DNA of 61,415 bases, filler included, from Planctomycetota bacterium (GTDB lineage: Bacteria; Planctomycetota; Planctomycetia; JALXBF01), in the NCBI GenBank assembly GCA_026991575.1. It is 8 parts of 8 records of this genome, joined end to end, with 100 filler letters (N's around TTAATTAATTAA, not from the genome) between each part and the next. Parts side by side here need not be neighbours in the genome. Positions count along the whole stretch, not along the records: positions 35,597 to 46,871 come from JALXBF010000168.1; positions 46,972 to 58,097 come from JALXBF010000169.1; 6 more parts are not named here. One strand, written 5' to 3'. The notes under the pieces were generated by a model that was not told the origin of the DNA, searched no databases, and worked only from the letters and a program-made list of their open reading frames with translations. The translations under genes were made by a program, and so were the position numbers. How positions within the stretch are numbered: the first letter of the stretch is position 1; every line of letters starts with the position of its first letter. Shown piece after piece: positions 40,735 to 51,122 of this stretch.

Positions 40735-42870
40735 CTAGGAGGTTGCCTTCTGAGCCTCCCGCTCGCGTTGCGCCTGCTCGATGATCTGCTGCTGGATGTG
40801 GGCCGGAACCACATCGTAGTGGCTGGGCTCCAGTGAGTAGTACCCCTGGCCACCGGTGATGGAGCCAAGCACGCGAGAGTACTCCATCACTTCGGCCAGT
40901 GGCACCTGTGCACGCACCACTGCCATGCCTCCCGGCAGCGTCTCGGTCCCCTGGATCCGGCCTCGACGCGAGTTTAGATCCGACATCACGTCGCCCATCT
41001 TGTCCATGGGGACGACCACTTCCATGTTGACGATCGGTTCAAGCAGGACGGGCTTGTCCTTCATGAACGCCTCCTTGAACGCCACGCTGCTGGCGATCTT
41101 GAAGGCCGCTTCGGAGCTGTCGACCGGGTGGTCCTTCCCGAAGTAGACCTCCACGCAGATATCCTGCACCGTATAACCTGCCAGCACGCCCGACTCCATG
41201 GTCTCACGCACGCCTTTCTCCACAGCCGGGATGAACTGATTCGGGATGACGCCGCCGACGATGGAGTCGACGAAGAGCAGGTTGATGTCTTCGTGGTAAT
41301 TGTAGTTCCTGGCCTGGGGGAATCTCTCTTTGGTGACGTACTCAGCGGGATCGATCTTCTGGCCACGCGGAAGCGGGAACAGCCGCAGGTGGACCTCAGC
41401 GAACTGACCGCGGCCACCGGTCTGTTTCTTGTGGCGGTAGGAGCCTTCGGTCTTGGAAGTGATTGTCTCGCGGTAGGCGATCTTCGGGGTGCGCACGTTC
41501 ATCTCCAGACCAAACCGCCGCTTGAGCCGCGAACGGATCACTTCCAGGTGCAATTCGCTGATGCCGCTGATCACTAGCTCGCGCGTCTCTGTGTTGCGGA
41601 AGACGCGGAACGTGGGGTCTTCTTCCGTGACCCGTGCTAAGCTGCTGGAGATCTTCTGTTCGTCGCCGCGGCTTTTCGGCTCGACAGCGAGGCTGAACAT
41701 CGGTTCTGGCAGGGGGGGTTTAGGATAGACGGCGCCGCCGGTATCGCCCAGCGTATCACCCCAGGAGAAGTCCTCCACTTTGGCGACCGCGCACAGGTCG
41801 CCGGCGATTGCCTTCTCCAACGGGCTCTGTTGCTTGCCCTGGATCCGCAGCAGCTGCGCGATGCGGCTCTGTTTTCGGGTTCGCTGATTGACCACGGAGC
41901 TGTCGCTGGCGAGTACGCCGGAAAAGACGCGGATATAGCTCAGCTTGCCCACAAACGGATCGGTTTGCGTTTTGAACACCCAGGCAATCGGGGGGCCGTC
42001 TTCCTTCACCTCCAAGGGAATCCGTTCCACGCCCTGGTCGGTTTTCTTTTCCAGGTATCGCTCCAGTCCGTCGGGGGGCACGGCGAACTGCCCGATGGCA
42101 TCCAGCAGCTCTTTGACGCCCACAAGCGAGTCGGCCGATGTGCAGAGGATGGGCACCAGGGTCCCGGCGGCAATGGCACTGCGGATCGCCCCGGTCAGTT
42201 CCTCGGCTCCAAGTTCCTCACCCTCAAGGTATCTCATCATCAGTTCTTCGTCGTTCTCCACGGCCGCGTCGATGAGCTTTCCACGCTCCTCATCCAAGTC
42301 CACGGGCAGTCCGGCAGGCAGGTCGTTCGGCGGCGACAGCACGCTGATGACACCCTTGAACTCGGCGCCCAGGCCGGTGGGCACGTTCAGGAACACGCAG
42401 TTGGCACCGAGCACTTCGCGGATGGCGGCAAGCACACCGTTGAAGTCGATGTTCTCCAGGTCGCATTTATTCAGCACGATCATGCGTGCCAGGCCCTGCT
42501 CCATCGCGCGTGCGTTCACCTTGCGCGTGTTGACCTGCACGCCGACCGAAGCGTCGACCACAATCAGCGCTGTCTCCACCGCCGGCAGGGCGCTGAACGT
42601 GGCACCGGCGAAGTCTGGCGAGCCTGGGGTGTCGATGATGTTGATGTGGTTGCCCTGCCAGTCGCAGTAGAGCACGTGTGATTCGACCGACTTCTGCCGC
42701 TCTTTTTCCTCGTCGTCAAAATCGCTCACGCTCGTTCCGTCGTCCACGCGGCCTAGTCGGTCGACGGCTTTGGCCGTGTAGAGCATCGCGTCGACAAGCG
42801 ACGTCTTGCCGCTGCCGGTGTGTCCTACCAGGGCAACATTGCGGATGTCGGCAGTCGTGTACTTCGCCAT
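40735..42870 (-). CDS. fusA: Elongation factor G paralogue (EF-G2-like)
   Basis: GHTGSGKT, DTPG, NKCD, KKQTGGRGQF, H.VDSSE. Effector region is RQKSV rather than RGITI. Confidence 0.9.
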   Translation of the reverse strand: MAKYTTADIRNVALVGHTGSGKTSLVDAMLYTAKAVDRLGRVDDGTSVSDFDDEEKERQKSVESHVLYCDWQGNHINIIDTPGSPDFAGATFSALPAVETALIVVDASVGVQVNTRKVNARAMEQGLARMIVLNKCDLENIDFNGVLAAIREVLGANCVFLNVPTGLGAEFKGVISVLSPPNDLPAGLPVDLDEERGKLIDAAVENDEELMMRYLEGEELGAEELTGAIRSAIAAGTLVPILCTSADSLVGVKELLDAIGQFAVPPDGLERYLEKKTDQGVERIPLEVKEDGPPIAWVFKTQTDPFVGKLSYIRVFSGVLASDSSVVNQRTRKQSRIAQLLRIQGKQQSPLEKAIAGDLCAVAKVEDFSWGDTLGDTGGAVYPKPPLPEPMFSLAVEPKSRGDEQKISSSLARVTEEDPTFRVFRNTETRELVISGISELHLEVIRSRLKRRFGLEMNVRTPKIAYRETITSKTEGSYRHKKQTGGRGQFAEVHLRLFPLPRGQKIDPAEYVTKERFPQARNYNYHEDINLLFVDSIVGGVIPNQFIPAVEKGVRETMESGVLAGYTVQDICVEVYFGKDHPVDSSEAAFKIASSVAFKEAFMKDKPVLLEPIVNMEVVVPMDKMGDVMSDLNSRRGRIQGTETLPGGMAVVRAQVPLAEVMEYSRVLGSITGGQGYYSLEPSHYDVVPAHIQQQIIEQAQREREAQKATS

Positions 42871-42928
42871 GGCGGCTCCGTCTCTTCTTTCGAACGCACT
42901 CCGCTAGCCTCAACCGACCATCGGCCGG

Positions 42929-43681
42929 TCAACGTCCGAGCTGATGTACCGTCTTGATCGCGTCGCTCAGGGACAGTCGCCCCTCGTAGAGCGCCTTGCC
43001 AATGATGCAGCCGGCTAGCGGCATCTCTGCCAGCCGGCGGACATCTTCCACGCTGCTGACGCCCCCAGAGGCGATCACCGGGTGGCGCGTTGCCTGCACG
43101 GTGGCAGCCAGCTGGTCAAACGCCGGGCCACTTAGCATGCCGTCCCGATCGATCGCCGTCACGACCACGCCCGCAAGCGGCAGCGGGTCGATCCGAGCGA
43201 GCAGCTCGGTCGGCTCCAGCCCCACGGTCGCCGTCCAGCCATGCACGGCCGGTCGGCCCTGCTTGATGTCCAATGCCAACAGGACCTGGCCAGGAAACCG
43301 TTCGGCCATCGCCGTAAGCCACTGCGGTTCGCGGATCGCCCGGCTTCCCAGCACCACGTGCCGAACGCCAGCAGCCAGAAGGCGAGCCGCGACCACTTCG
43401 TCACGAACGCCGCCGCCGACCTGGCAGGGAACCTTCACGGCAGCAACGATCGCCTCGATCAACGCAAGGTTACGTGGGTGGCCCGAGCGAGCCCCGTCCA
43501 GGTCCACCAGGTGCAACCGCTCCGCGCCCGCCTCGACCCAGCGGCGGGCCACGCTTACGGGATCATCATTGTAGACCGTTTTCTGCGAATAGTCTCCCCG
43601 TTGCAACCGGACACAGTGGCCGTCCAACAGATCAATGGCCGGAATGACGTAGAAACGGTTCGCTGCAGAATGCGAGCCCAT
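42929..43681 (-). CDS. hisA: ProFAR isomerase
   Basis: IPAIDL.DG.CVRL..G, LHLVDLDGA, QVGGG.R, IASGGV, GKALYEG. Confidence 0.95.
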   Translation of the reverse strand: MGSHSAANRFYVIPAIDLLDGHCVRLQRGDYSQKTVYNDDPVSVARRWVEAGAERLHLVDLDGARSGHPRNLALIEAIVAAVKVPCQVGGGVRDEVVAARLLAAGVRHVVLGSRAIREPQWLTAMAERFPGQVLLALDIKQGRPAVHGWTATVGLEPTELLARIDPLPLAGVVVTAIDRDGMLSGPAFDQLAATVQATRHPVIASGGVSSVEDVRRLAEMPLAGCIIGKALYEGRLSLSDAIKTVHQLGR

Positions 43682-43707
43682 AGGCGCTGCGTCTCTCTGC
43701 TCACGGG

Positions 43708-44340
43708 TCAGCGTCTCAGGACAGCCAGCTCGCGGACAAAATTCGCCAGCAGCCGAAGCCCGGCACGCTGGCTTTTCTCCGGATGGAACTGCGTCGCCAG
43801 CAGATTGCCCCGCCGCACCATGCTGCAGAAGCGGATCCCGTACTCCGTCTCGCCTGCCACCACATCACGCTCTTGCGGGTCAACGTAGTAGGAATGCACG
43901 AAGTAGAACCATTCACCGTCAGCGATCCCCTCGAAGAGCCCGTCTCCGGGACGACAACGCCAGACCTGGTTCCAGCCCATGTGGGGCACCTTGCCAACGT
44001 CCGGCGGGAACCGTCGAACGACGCCCTTCAGATAGCCCAGCCCTTCCTGCTGGCCCGCCTCCTCGCTCCGTTCGAATAGCAGCTGCAGTCCCAGGCAGAT
44101 CCCCAAGAAGGGACGACCGCTCTCGAGGTACTCCCTGAGCGGCTTGAGCAGGGCCCGGCGGCGCAACTCAGCCATCGCATCGCCAAACGCGCCCACGCCG
44201 GGCAACACGACAGCATCGGCAGCAAGCACACCTGCTGGCTCGGCCGCGATCTCAGCCGGCGCACCGATCCGTTCGAACGCCTTCTGCACGCTGCGAAGAT
44301 TGCCCATGCCGTAGTCAACGATCACGATGCGCTGGCGCAT
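43708..44340 (-). CDS. hisH: Imidazole glycerol phosphate synthase glutaminase subunit
   Basis: DYGMGNL.SV, PGVGAF, GICLG, PHMGWN, YFVHSY, QFHPEKS. Confidence 0.96.
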   Translation of the reverse strand: MRQRIVIVDYGMGNLRSVQKAFERIGAPAEIAAEPAGVLAADAVVLPGVGAFGDAMAELRRRALLKPLREYLESGRPFLGICLGLQLLFERSEEAGQQEGLGYLKGVVRRFPPDVGKVPHMGWNQVWRCRPGDGLFEGIADGEWFYFVHSYYVDPQERDVVAGETEYGIRFCSMVRRGNLLATQFHPEKSQRAGLRLLANFVRELAVLRR

Positions 44341-44879
44341 CCGGACGTCCTCGAAGAGTCGGGTTGCAATCTCGGCATTCTATGATCAGTCTGTCGTTGG
44401 CACGCCGCGCACGTCGTCCCGCGTGCGTACCTCCTGCCCTGGGCGGCAACGCGCCGGGAGCTGGAGCTCTGTGCGCAACGCCGCTGCGTGCAACCCCAGA
44501 TGCGGCTTGCCCGGCCAAGGGCACAACCAGACACGCATCGGAACTCAGCCCCCCCAGAGCTCCCCCGGATCACCAACGCCATGGTGGATCACGGCCTGCC
44601 CCTGAAGACCTCGGCAGGGGGGGCCTTCGTCGTGCTCATGCGCCCCCTCCCTGGCACACCAGGTGGCGGTCCCCACGAGCCGGCAGTCTGCCAAGCCCCC
44701 CTCCCCTCCCGCAGCCCGTGACCGTCATAGGGGGCTTCCTTTCAGATGCATTAGCCCCGGGCCCGCGGACTTGACAACCGTACAGGAGGTGCCGATCAAT
44801 TTAGTGACACTGTGTAAGGCGTCGACGCGGGTACAGTCGCCGAGGCCATCTGGGTCTCGCAAAAGAAAGGAGGTGCATC

Positions 44880-45296
44880 ATGGGGCGTAAAGCGACGGCA
44901 CTGCTCTTCGCAGCATCTGCTCTGTTCACCTTCGGCATCGCTGCGGCAACTCTCGCTCAGCAGCAGCGGAACGGTTCCGCCGACCAACAGGACGTAGCTA
45001 AGCCGCTGCCGTACGTGGTCCGGGTACGCTTGCCGAACTACTTCGGCCAGGTGGGCTTGAGCCGCGAGCAGCGGCGTGAGCTGCGCAAGATCTGTGAGAA
45101 GTTCGACCGCCAGATCGCCGAACTACGTTGGAAGATCCGCCAGATGCAGCAGGAGATTCGCAAGCTCAGGGAAGAGAAGGAAGCGGCATGCCTGGAGAAA
45201 CTCACCGACGAGCAGCGTCAGCGATTGGAACAGCTGAAAGCGGCGGCTGCGCGCCGCAGGGCTGCGCGCCGCAGCCAAGCCGGCGATGACATGTAA
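44880..45296 (+). CDS. Hypothetical secreted helical protein (Spy/CpxP-like LTxxQ)
   Basis: AAGGAGG RBS, signal peptide, RLPNYFGQVGLS.EQR and LTDEQR. Confidence 0.7.
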   Translation: MGRKATALLFAASALFTFGIAAATLAQQQRNGSADQQDVAKPLPYVVRVRLPNYFGQVGLSREQRRELRKICEKFDRQIAELRWKIRQMQQEIRKLREEKEAACLEKLTDEQRQRLEQLKAAAARRRAARRSQAGDDM

Positions 45297-45474
45297 CCGG
45301 CAAGCTAGCGCGAGCGCATGATCGTCCATCTGTCTGCTGGTTTGCAAACCTTCTGACCCAGAGGCCTACAACAGCCCGCGTCCCGGAAGCCGGGTGGCTC
45401 GACGCGGCATACCGAGCCACCCGGCCGCGTTTTTCTGGCGCGTACCGCTACGGCTTCGTTTGCGAACCGGCCAC

Positions 45475-46416
45475 CTACTCAACAGCTTGCCCGGACGCGG
45501 GCGCCACGTCGAGTTGCAGCGGACGACCATCCAGTTGCCACGACGGTTCGACCCGCCCCAGCAGGTGATACAGCGCCGTAGCCGCAACATCGGGCAAGAA
45601 TGCAGCACGCGTTAGCCGCTTGCCGATGAAAGCCCGCCCAGACGCGATGATGAAACTGGTGCGCCGTTTCACGTCCTTCGCCCCCCCGCCATGTCCCTTG
45701 CCCGACCCGCCATGGTCACTTGTCACAAGAACCAGCCAATCCTCCGAACGGCGTGTCGGCCGTGCATCCAGCGCCGACAGCACGCGATCAATCCGCCGAT
45801 CAATCGCCTCGATGGCCGCCCGGTACCGGTCCAACTTTGGATCGAAGCCGTAGGTGTGACCGGCGTGATCTGCGTCGTCAAAGTGCACGAACAACACGCG
45901 AACAGCGCGGTCCTGCAGCAAGGCTACCGCGCGATCGGCAACCTGATCGTCCGACCCGTAGGCTTCGTCCACGTCCGCGGAGCCGCGCACCAGCTGTGAC
46001 TTGATCGGCTCCCAGTGAACCACCGAGGCAAGCTTGCCGCGGAAGCCGGCCGCACGCAAGCGTGCGAAGAAATGCGGGAAGCGGTCGATTCGGCTGCCCC
46101 GGAACGAGTTGTCTCGAATGCCGTGCTTCTCGGCCCAAACGCCCGTGACGATCGCCGCCCACCCGGGGCCGCTGACCGAGTCAGCGATGGTCGGCCTCGG
46201 CGGCAGACAGCTGGCGCGTACGAAAATACCACCGTCGATCAACCGGTCTAACGCCGGCGTCCGCGCCGCCTCGATCCCGTCCGGCCGACAGCCGTCGATG
46301 CCGATGACCAGCACGGCCGGTTCCACCTGCGTTTGCCGCCTACCGTCTGCAGCAACGAACGCAGCAAGCAGACCTGCCAGAATGCCACCGAGGACCAAGG
46401 ACCGGGTGAATCGCAT
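45475..46416 (-). CDS. Alkaline phosphatase superfamily (nucleotide pyrophosphatase/phosphodiesterase-like)
   Basis: IGIDG.RPD, SGPGW..I.TG....KHG, D.AGH..G, TSDHGG; signal peptide from ATG 46416. Confidence 0.85.
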   Translation of the reverse strand: MRFTRSLVLGGILAGLLAAFVAADGRRQTQVEPAVLVIGIDGCRPDGIEAARTPALDRLIDGGIFVRASCLPPRPTIADSVSGPGWAAIVTGVWAEKHGIRDNSFRGSRIDRFPHFFARLRAAGFRGKLASVVHWEPIKSQLVRGSADVDEAYGSDDQVADRAVALLQDRAVRVLFVHFDDADHAGHTYGFDPKLDRYRAAIEAIDRRIDRVLSALDARPTRRSEDWLVLVTSDHGGSGKGHGGGAKDVKRRTSFIIASGRAFIGKRLTRAAFLPDVAATALYHLLGRVEPSWQLDGRPLQLDVAPASGQAVE

Positions 46417-46761
46417 GGTGACCTTCACTCCAGGACCGGGTTGCCGTATCGCGAACCTCGAACACGCAGAGCCCTGTCGCCGCCCTACCCGGGCAGGCTT
46501 CGCATTGTACCGCAGCGGGCAACCGCGGCCCTCTTGTGACGTTTTCGGGAAGTCCGCCACCACGGTCCCGGGACGGGGCGGCCGTGGTGGAGTCGGGGCT
46601 AGGCGGGAGAGTGGCGAACAGATCTACATGTTGGCATGCGTTGACATGGCTGGACCGAATCTGTTAGCCTAGTTCGTGCGGTGATCGGGTTGAGCGTGCG
46701 GCCGGCGCAACCGCTCGGCCAGGGCGAGTTTGTGGGTAGTGCGCAGAGAAGGAGCGCAGCG

Positions 46762-46871
46762 ATGCTGACGATTGTCACCAACCGACGTGCTGGGTGCTGC
46801 GATGGGCTGAGCCGCCGTGATTTCATTCGCATCGGGAGCTTTGCTGCAGCGGGCCTCAGCTTGCCAACGCT
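46762..46871 (+). CDS. DUF1501-family protein, N-terminal fragment
   Basis: AGGAG RBS. MLTI......CDGLSRRDF.RIG (Tat-like motif). Confidence 0.7.
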
Positions 46872-46971
46872 NNNNNNNNNNNNNNNNNNNNNNNNNNNNN
46901 NNNNNNNNNNNNNNNTTAATTAATTAANNNNNNNNNNNNNNNNNNNNNNNNNNNNNNNNNNNNNNNNNNNN
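46872..46971. other. Artificial contig spacer
   Basis: 44 N + TTAATTAATTAA + 44 N. Confidence 0.99.
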
Positions 46972-47696
46972 CGGTGAGGCGGGAGCTGTTGTCGCGTGGG
47001 GTGCCGGCGGTGCCGTTGGTGGTCGGGGTGGTGATTTACAATGGAGAGGAGCGTTGGACGGCGGCGGAGTGGATTGGGGAGAGATGGCGCGGCCCCAGCA
47101 TTGGGTACGTCCGGATCGACGTCTGGCACGACCCGCTGGAGCGGTGGGCGGACTGTCCGCTGATCAGCTATGCGTTTCGGTTGCAGCGGGAGGAGGATGC
47201 GGAGCGGGTGGTCGAGTTGCTGCGGGAGTTGGCGGCGCACTTGCGGGCACATGGTTTGGATCATCTGGAGCCTTCGTTTGCGTACTTTGCGGGGTCTGTA
47301 GTGTTGGGTGGGGAGTTAACTGAGGAGGAGTTATCGGCCATGTCGAAGATCGAAGAGGTCAACACTCGGTTGGAACAGCTCAAGGAACGATGTCGACAGC
47401 AAGGGTTTGAAGAGGGCCGTGAGCGAGGATTCGAAGAAGGGCGTCAGCAGGGGTTTGAGGAAGGGCGTGAGCAAGGGCTTAAGGAGGGACGCCAGCAGGG
47501 CTTTGAGCAGGGGCGTCTACGGGGGCTCGCAGAGGGCCAGCGATCAGCATTGCTGGCGGTGTTGGAAGCGCGTTTCGCGCCGCTACCCCGGTGGGCACGC
47601 GAGCAGATCGATCAGGCAGGTAGCGAAGAACTGAGTGCCTGGATCCGTCGCGCAGCAACGGCCGAGTCTCTCGAACGCGTTTTTGAGCACGACTGA
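46972..47696 (+). CDS. Rpn-family nuclease, 5' end in gap; 6 repeats; internal start at 47340 (118 aa)
   Basis: Near-identical to the other copies. GAGGAGGAG lies before the ATG. Confidence 0.9.
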
Positions 47697-47893
47697 AACA
47701 CATGTCACCCACAGATCCAGGTCCCTGCTGGCCGTCCAGGTCCACCTTCCGCTCATCGGCGAGGTTTCGCCTCTTGCGTGCTCTCTATCAGTAGGTGGTC
47801 CACGGCGTCTGTCAGTAGCACGGTGACAGCCACCTTTGCCAGGTCAGCGGAGCAACTCTTGACTTAGGCGCTGGTGGGTCAGGCCGCTTGTTT

Positions 47894-47942
47894 GAGCGGG
47901 CATGGGGCTCGATGCCCTCACCCGCAAGGTCGATGGGATAGC
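47894..47942 (+). repeat. Degenerate copy of the hairpin repeat
   Basis: GAGCGGGCATGGGGCTCGATGCCCTCACCCGCAAGGTCGATGGGATAGC aligns with 59022-59074. Confidence 0.6.
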
Positions 47943-48505
47943 ATGGCGAGTCCAGGACTCCTTGTCTCGCGCCGTGGCGCCGCGGTCCGCGGCCGCAGTG
48001 GCGGGACAGAAGAGAACTCACGGGAACACTGCGGGCGCGACACAATCGACTTCCAGCCGGGAGCCGAAGAGCCCCTCTGCTCGTTTGAAGTAGGTTGCCT
48101 GCTCGGTCGGGCTCCCGGTTCGCCCATGACGGACACCGCCTCCAGCGGCTCGGTGGCGGTAGCCGTCTACCGACTGATTCCGGCACAGCGGTGAGGGACC
48201 AAGTTGCCTGACGGTGGGTGGAGGTGCTGGTCCGCGTGTTGGACGATGAACGCGAATACAAGCGTCGCAGGGAGGCGACCCGCTGTCAGGCCGCGCGCCA
48301 CCTGTCGGAGGCGGTTTTCCCGCGCTGGCGCGTGTTCCTTGAGCAAATCTGACGAGCACGTGTGAGATAAGAAGGCATGTTTTGGTCACAGTTGGTTCGA
48401 TCGCCGGGTGCAGTCCAGAAGGCCGCGCTAGACGATCCGGCGGACCACGTTTGTGCAGGTGCTGAATTGCACCTTGAGACCACTCTTGCTCGTTCCTGAG
48501 CCAGC

Positions 48506-49609
48506 CTATGCCTCCTGTGGTGCGCGGCGGCCGTGCACATAGAGGTCTTCGCCGACGCGGCGTACCAGGTCGTACTCGTAGCGTGGAGCCGAGTGGAGTT
48601 CGGCGAAGCCGGGTCCGCCGACTGCGGTGAGGGCTGCGGCACCGCCGAGCACCTTTGGCGCCACGAACACATGCACCTCGTCCACTTCACCGGCCCTGAA
48701 GAAGCTACCCAACACCTCAGCGCCCCCTTCGACAAGCACGTGCGTCATTCGACGCTCACCAAGGCATCGCAGCAGCTCCAGCGCCCGGACCGCGAGGTCT
48801 CGTTGGCTCAACCGCAAGCACTCGCATCCCACCTCTTCGAGCCGCCGGATCCGATCCTCTGGAGCGTCCGGTCCGACCGCGACCACCACGGGCGACTGGT
48901 CTCGCGTTCTGATCAACTGCGACTCAAGTGGAAGCCGGGCAAAGCTATCGAGCACAACGCGCACCGGAGTCCGCGGGCCCGGCGGCCTGGCCATCAGTAA
49001 TGGGTCATCGGCAAAGACGGTGTTGATTCCGACGATGATGGCATCCATTCGACCGCGCAGCTCGTGAGCCAACTTGCGTGACTCTTCGCTCGAAATCCAC
49101 TTTGACCGGCGGGTGACCGTCGCAATCTTGCCGTCCAGCGACATCGCCCATTTGGCATGCACGTAGGGAATTCCGCGGGTGATCAGCTTAAGGTACGGGG
49201 CGTTCACCCGGCGAGCGGCCTCTTCCAACACTCCCACTCGCACCACGACGCCGGCCCGCTTCAATGCCTCGATCCCCTTGCCGGCAACAACGGGGTTCGG
49301 GTCACGCAGCGCGACGACCACGCGGCGTATGCCTGCCCGTACGATAGCATCCGTACACGGGGGCGTCTTGCCATGGTGGCAGCATGGCTCCAGCGTTACG
49401 TACATCGTGGCACCTGCGGCGTGCTCGCCGGCGGCACTCAGTGCGGCCACTTCAGCGTGGGGCCCACCAAACTCCTGGTGAAACCCTTCTGCCACCACCT
49501 TCCCCTCGCGCACGAGCACGCAGCCCACGACCGGGTTTGGCTCCACTCGGCCCCTCCCCTGCTCGGCCAGTTCCAGGGCGCGACTCATGTACCGTTCATC
49601 GTCGTTCAT
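48506..49609 (-). CDS. ribD: Riboflavin biosynthesis deaminase/reductase
   Basis: PNPVVGCV, HAE, TLEPC.H.G.TPPC, SLDGKIA, VEGG. Confidence 0.95.
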   Translation of the reverse strand: MNDDERYMSRALELAEQGRGRVEPNPVVGCVLVREGKVVAEGFHQEFGGPHAEVAALSAAGEHAAGATMYVTLEPCCHHGKTPPCTDAIVRAGIRRVVVALRDPNPVVAGKGIEALKRAGVVVRVGVLEEAARRVNAPYLKLITRGIPYVHAKWAMSLDGKIATVTRRSKWISSEESRKLAHELRGRMDAIIVGINTVFADDPLLMARPPGPRTPVRVVLDSFARLPLESQLIRTRDQSPVVVAVGPDAPEDRIRRLEEVGCECLRLSQRDLAVRALELLRCLGERRMTHVLVEGGAEVLGSFFRAGEVDEVHVFVAPKVLGGAAALTAVGGPGFAELHSAPRYEYDLVRRVGEDLYVHGRRAPQEA

Positions 49610-49641
49610 CGTTCTACCCTCTCCTCTACCCGACTCCCATT

Positions 49642-49778
49642 GCTTCGCCGCAAAGCCCCCCTGCACGGCCCAGTTCGCGTCATCACCGCCGATGACAGCA
49701 GGTTCCACGATCCCCTGCCCGTGGCTCGGGAAGGCAGTCCCACTGGAACTACCCCCCCGTACTCGCACTGCGTCCGAC
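49642..49778 (-). ncRNA. Structured intergenic RNA, probably 6S RNA (SsrS)-like
   Basis: The ends pair into a rod (GTACGG/CCGTGC, TAGTTC/GAACTG) with an internal hairpin GTCATC..GATGAC. The 6S assignment is from recalled resemblance only. Confidence 0.4.
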
Positions 49779-49891
49779 CTGATCTGGATATTCTTCGGCC
49801 GATTCGCTGAGGGTCGGTAGCGGCAACCGTGAAGCTGGGCGAAAGAAGAGGGTTGCTGCCCCGGGGGAGCAAGGGCCTGCCAAAGCTTACC

Positions 49892-50986
49892 TCAGCGACC
49901 GGCACCACCGCTACTGGCCGCCCCAGCTGCGGCCAGGGTCGCCGGGTCGCGGTGCCGCAGCCGCAGTTGGCCACACGCAGCCTCGATGCGGCGTCCTTTC
50001 GTCTTGCGGACATGCACAACAATGCCGCGCCGCTTCAGGTAGCGGGCAAACTCCCGCACTGCGTGCTCTGTCGGCGTCCGGTACGGCAGGCCGGCCACCG
50101 GGTTGTATGCGATGAGGTTGACATGCACCGGGCGTCTACCCAGCAGATCAGCCAGTTGCTGGGCATGTTCGAGACGGTCGTTCAGACCGCCGAGCAGGAC
50201 GTATTCGTAGGTGACCTGACGACCGGTGCGAGCGAAGAAGTAGTCCGCCGCAGCGATGACTTCACGGATCGGGAACCGCCGGTTCACGGGCACGAGTTGG
50301 TCGCGGAGATGGTCGTTGGGAGCATGCAAGGAAACGGCCAGGTGGAACCGCACCCCGCGATCAGCCAACTTCCGAATCGCAGGAGGCAGCCCGACGGTCG
50401 AGATCGTAATCCGTCGCTGGCTGAGCCCGAGGCTTTCCGGGGAGCAGATGGTGTCCAGCGCGGCCAGGAGGTTGGGCAGATTGGCCAGCGGCTCCCCCAT
50501 GCCCATGATGACCGCATGTGTAATGCGCTGCTGCTGGCCGAGGGTCCACTGAGCATGTAGGAACTGTTCCACGATCTCATGGCTTTCCAGGTTGCGGTCC
50601 ACGCCGGCCAGCCCACTGGCGCAGAAGACACAGCCCATCGCACAGCCGACCTGCGTGCTGACACACACCGTACGGCGGTCTGCTTCGCGCATCACGACAC
50701 ACTCGACCGCGCGACCGTCGGCCAGCCCCACGAGCAACTTAGCTGTGCCTTCCTCGGCAGCCTGGTCGGTGCGCAGCACGCGGGTCTCCAGGGGTAGGAA
50801 CGCGCTGGCAAGCTGCTCACGTAGCCGCTTCGGAAGGTCACTCATCGAGTCAAAATGCCGTGCCCGGCATTGCAGGAGCCACCGACGGAGCTGGCGAACG
50901 CGATAGGCTGGTTCCCCGCGGGACTGGAGCCAGTCAACGAGTCGTTCTGGCGGAACGCTGAGAATTCCGGGTCTTGATCCAGACAT
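49892..50986 (-). CDS. rlmN: Dual-specificity 23S rRNA/tRNA methyltransferase (radical SAM)
   Basis: CVSTQVGCAMGCVFCASG, MGMGEP, SLHA, AACGQL. Confidence 0.95.
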   Translation of the reverse strand: MSGSRPGILSVPPERLVDWLQSRGEPAYRVRQLRRWLLQCRARHFDSMSDLPKRLREQLASAFLPLETRVLRTDQAAEEGTAKLLVGLADGRAVECVVMREADRRTVCVSTQVGCAMGCVFCASGLAGVDRNLESHEIVEQFLHAQWTLGQQQRITHAVIMGMGEPLANLPNLLAALDTICSPESLGLSQRRITISTVGLPPAIRKLADRGVRFHLAVSLHAPNDHLRDQLVPVNRRFPIREVIAAADYFFARTGRQVTYEYVLLGGLNDRLEHAQQLADLLGRRPVHVNLIAYNPVAGLPYRTPTEHAVREFARYLKRRGIVVHVRKTKGRRIEAACGQLRLRHRDPATLAAAGAASSGGAGR

Positions 50987-51122
50987 GATAGCCGGCGATG
51001 GTGTTTGCGTCGCAGCAACCCTGGTAGCAGATTTCATCCGCGCACGCATTCTATACAATGCGGGAGCTGCCGGGCCGTCGATTGGCCTAGGCGGCGTACA
51101 CTGTGCTGGGGGAGAGCCGTGC

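Noticed and set aside
49650..49664. GCAGGGGGGCTTTGC shared between the 6S-like RNA and the repeat at ~16457
   Set aside because: A short low-complexity match with no flanking homology.
49610..49890. FMN riboswitch before ribD
   Set aside because: The RFN hallmarks (GGTGAAATTCC, AGCCGAC..T.A.AGTC.GGATG) are absent.
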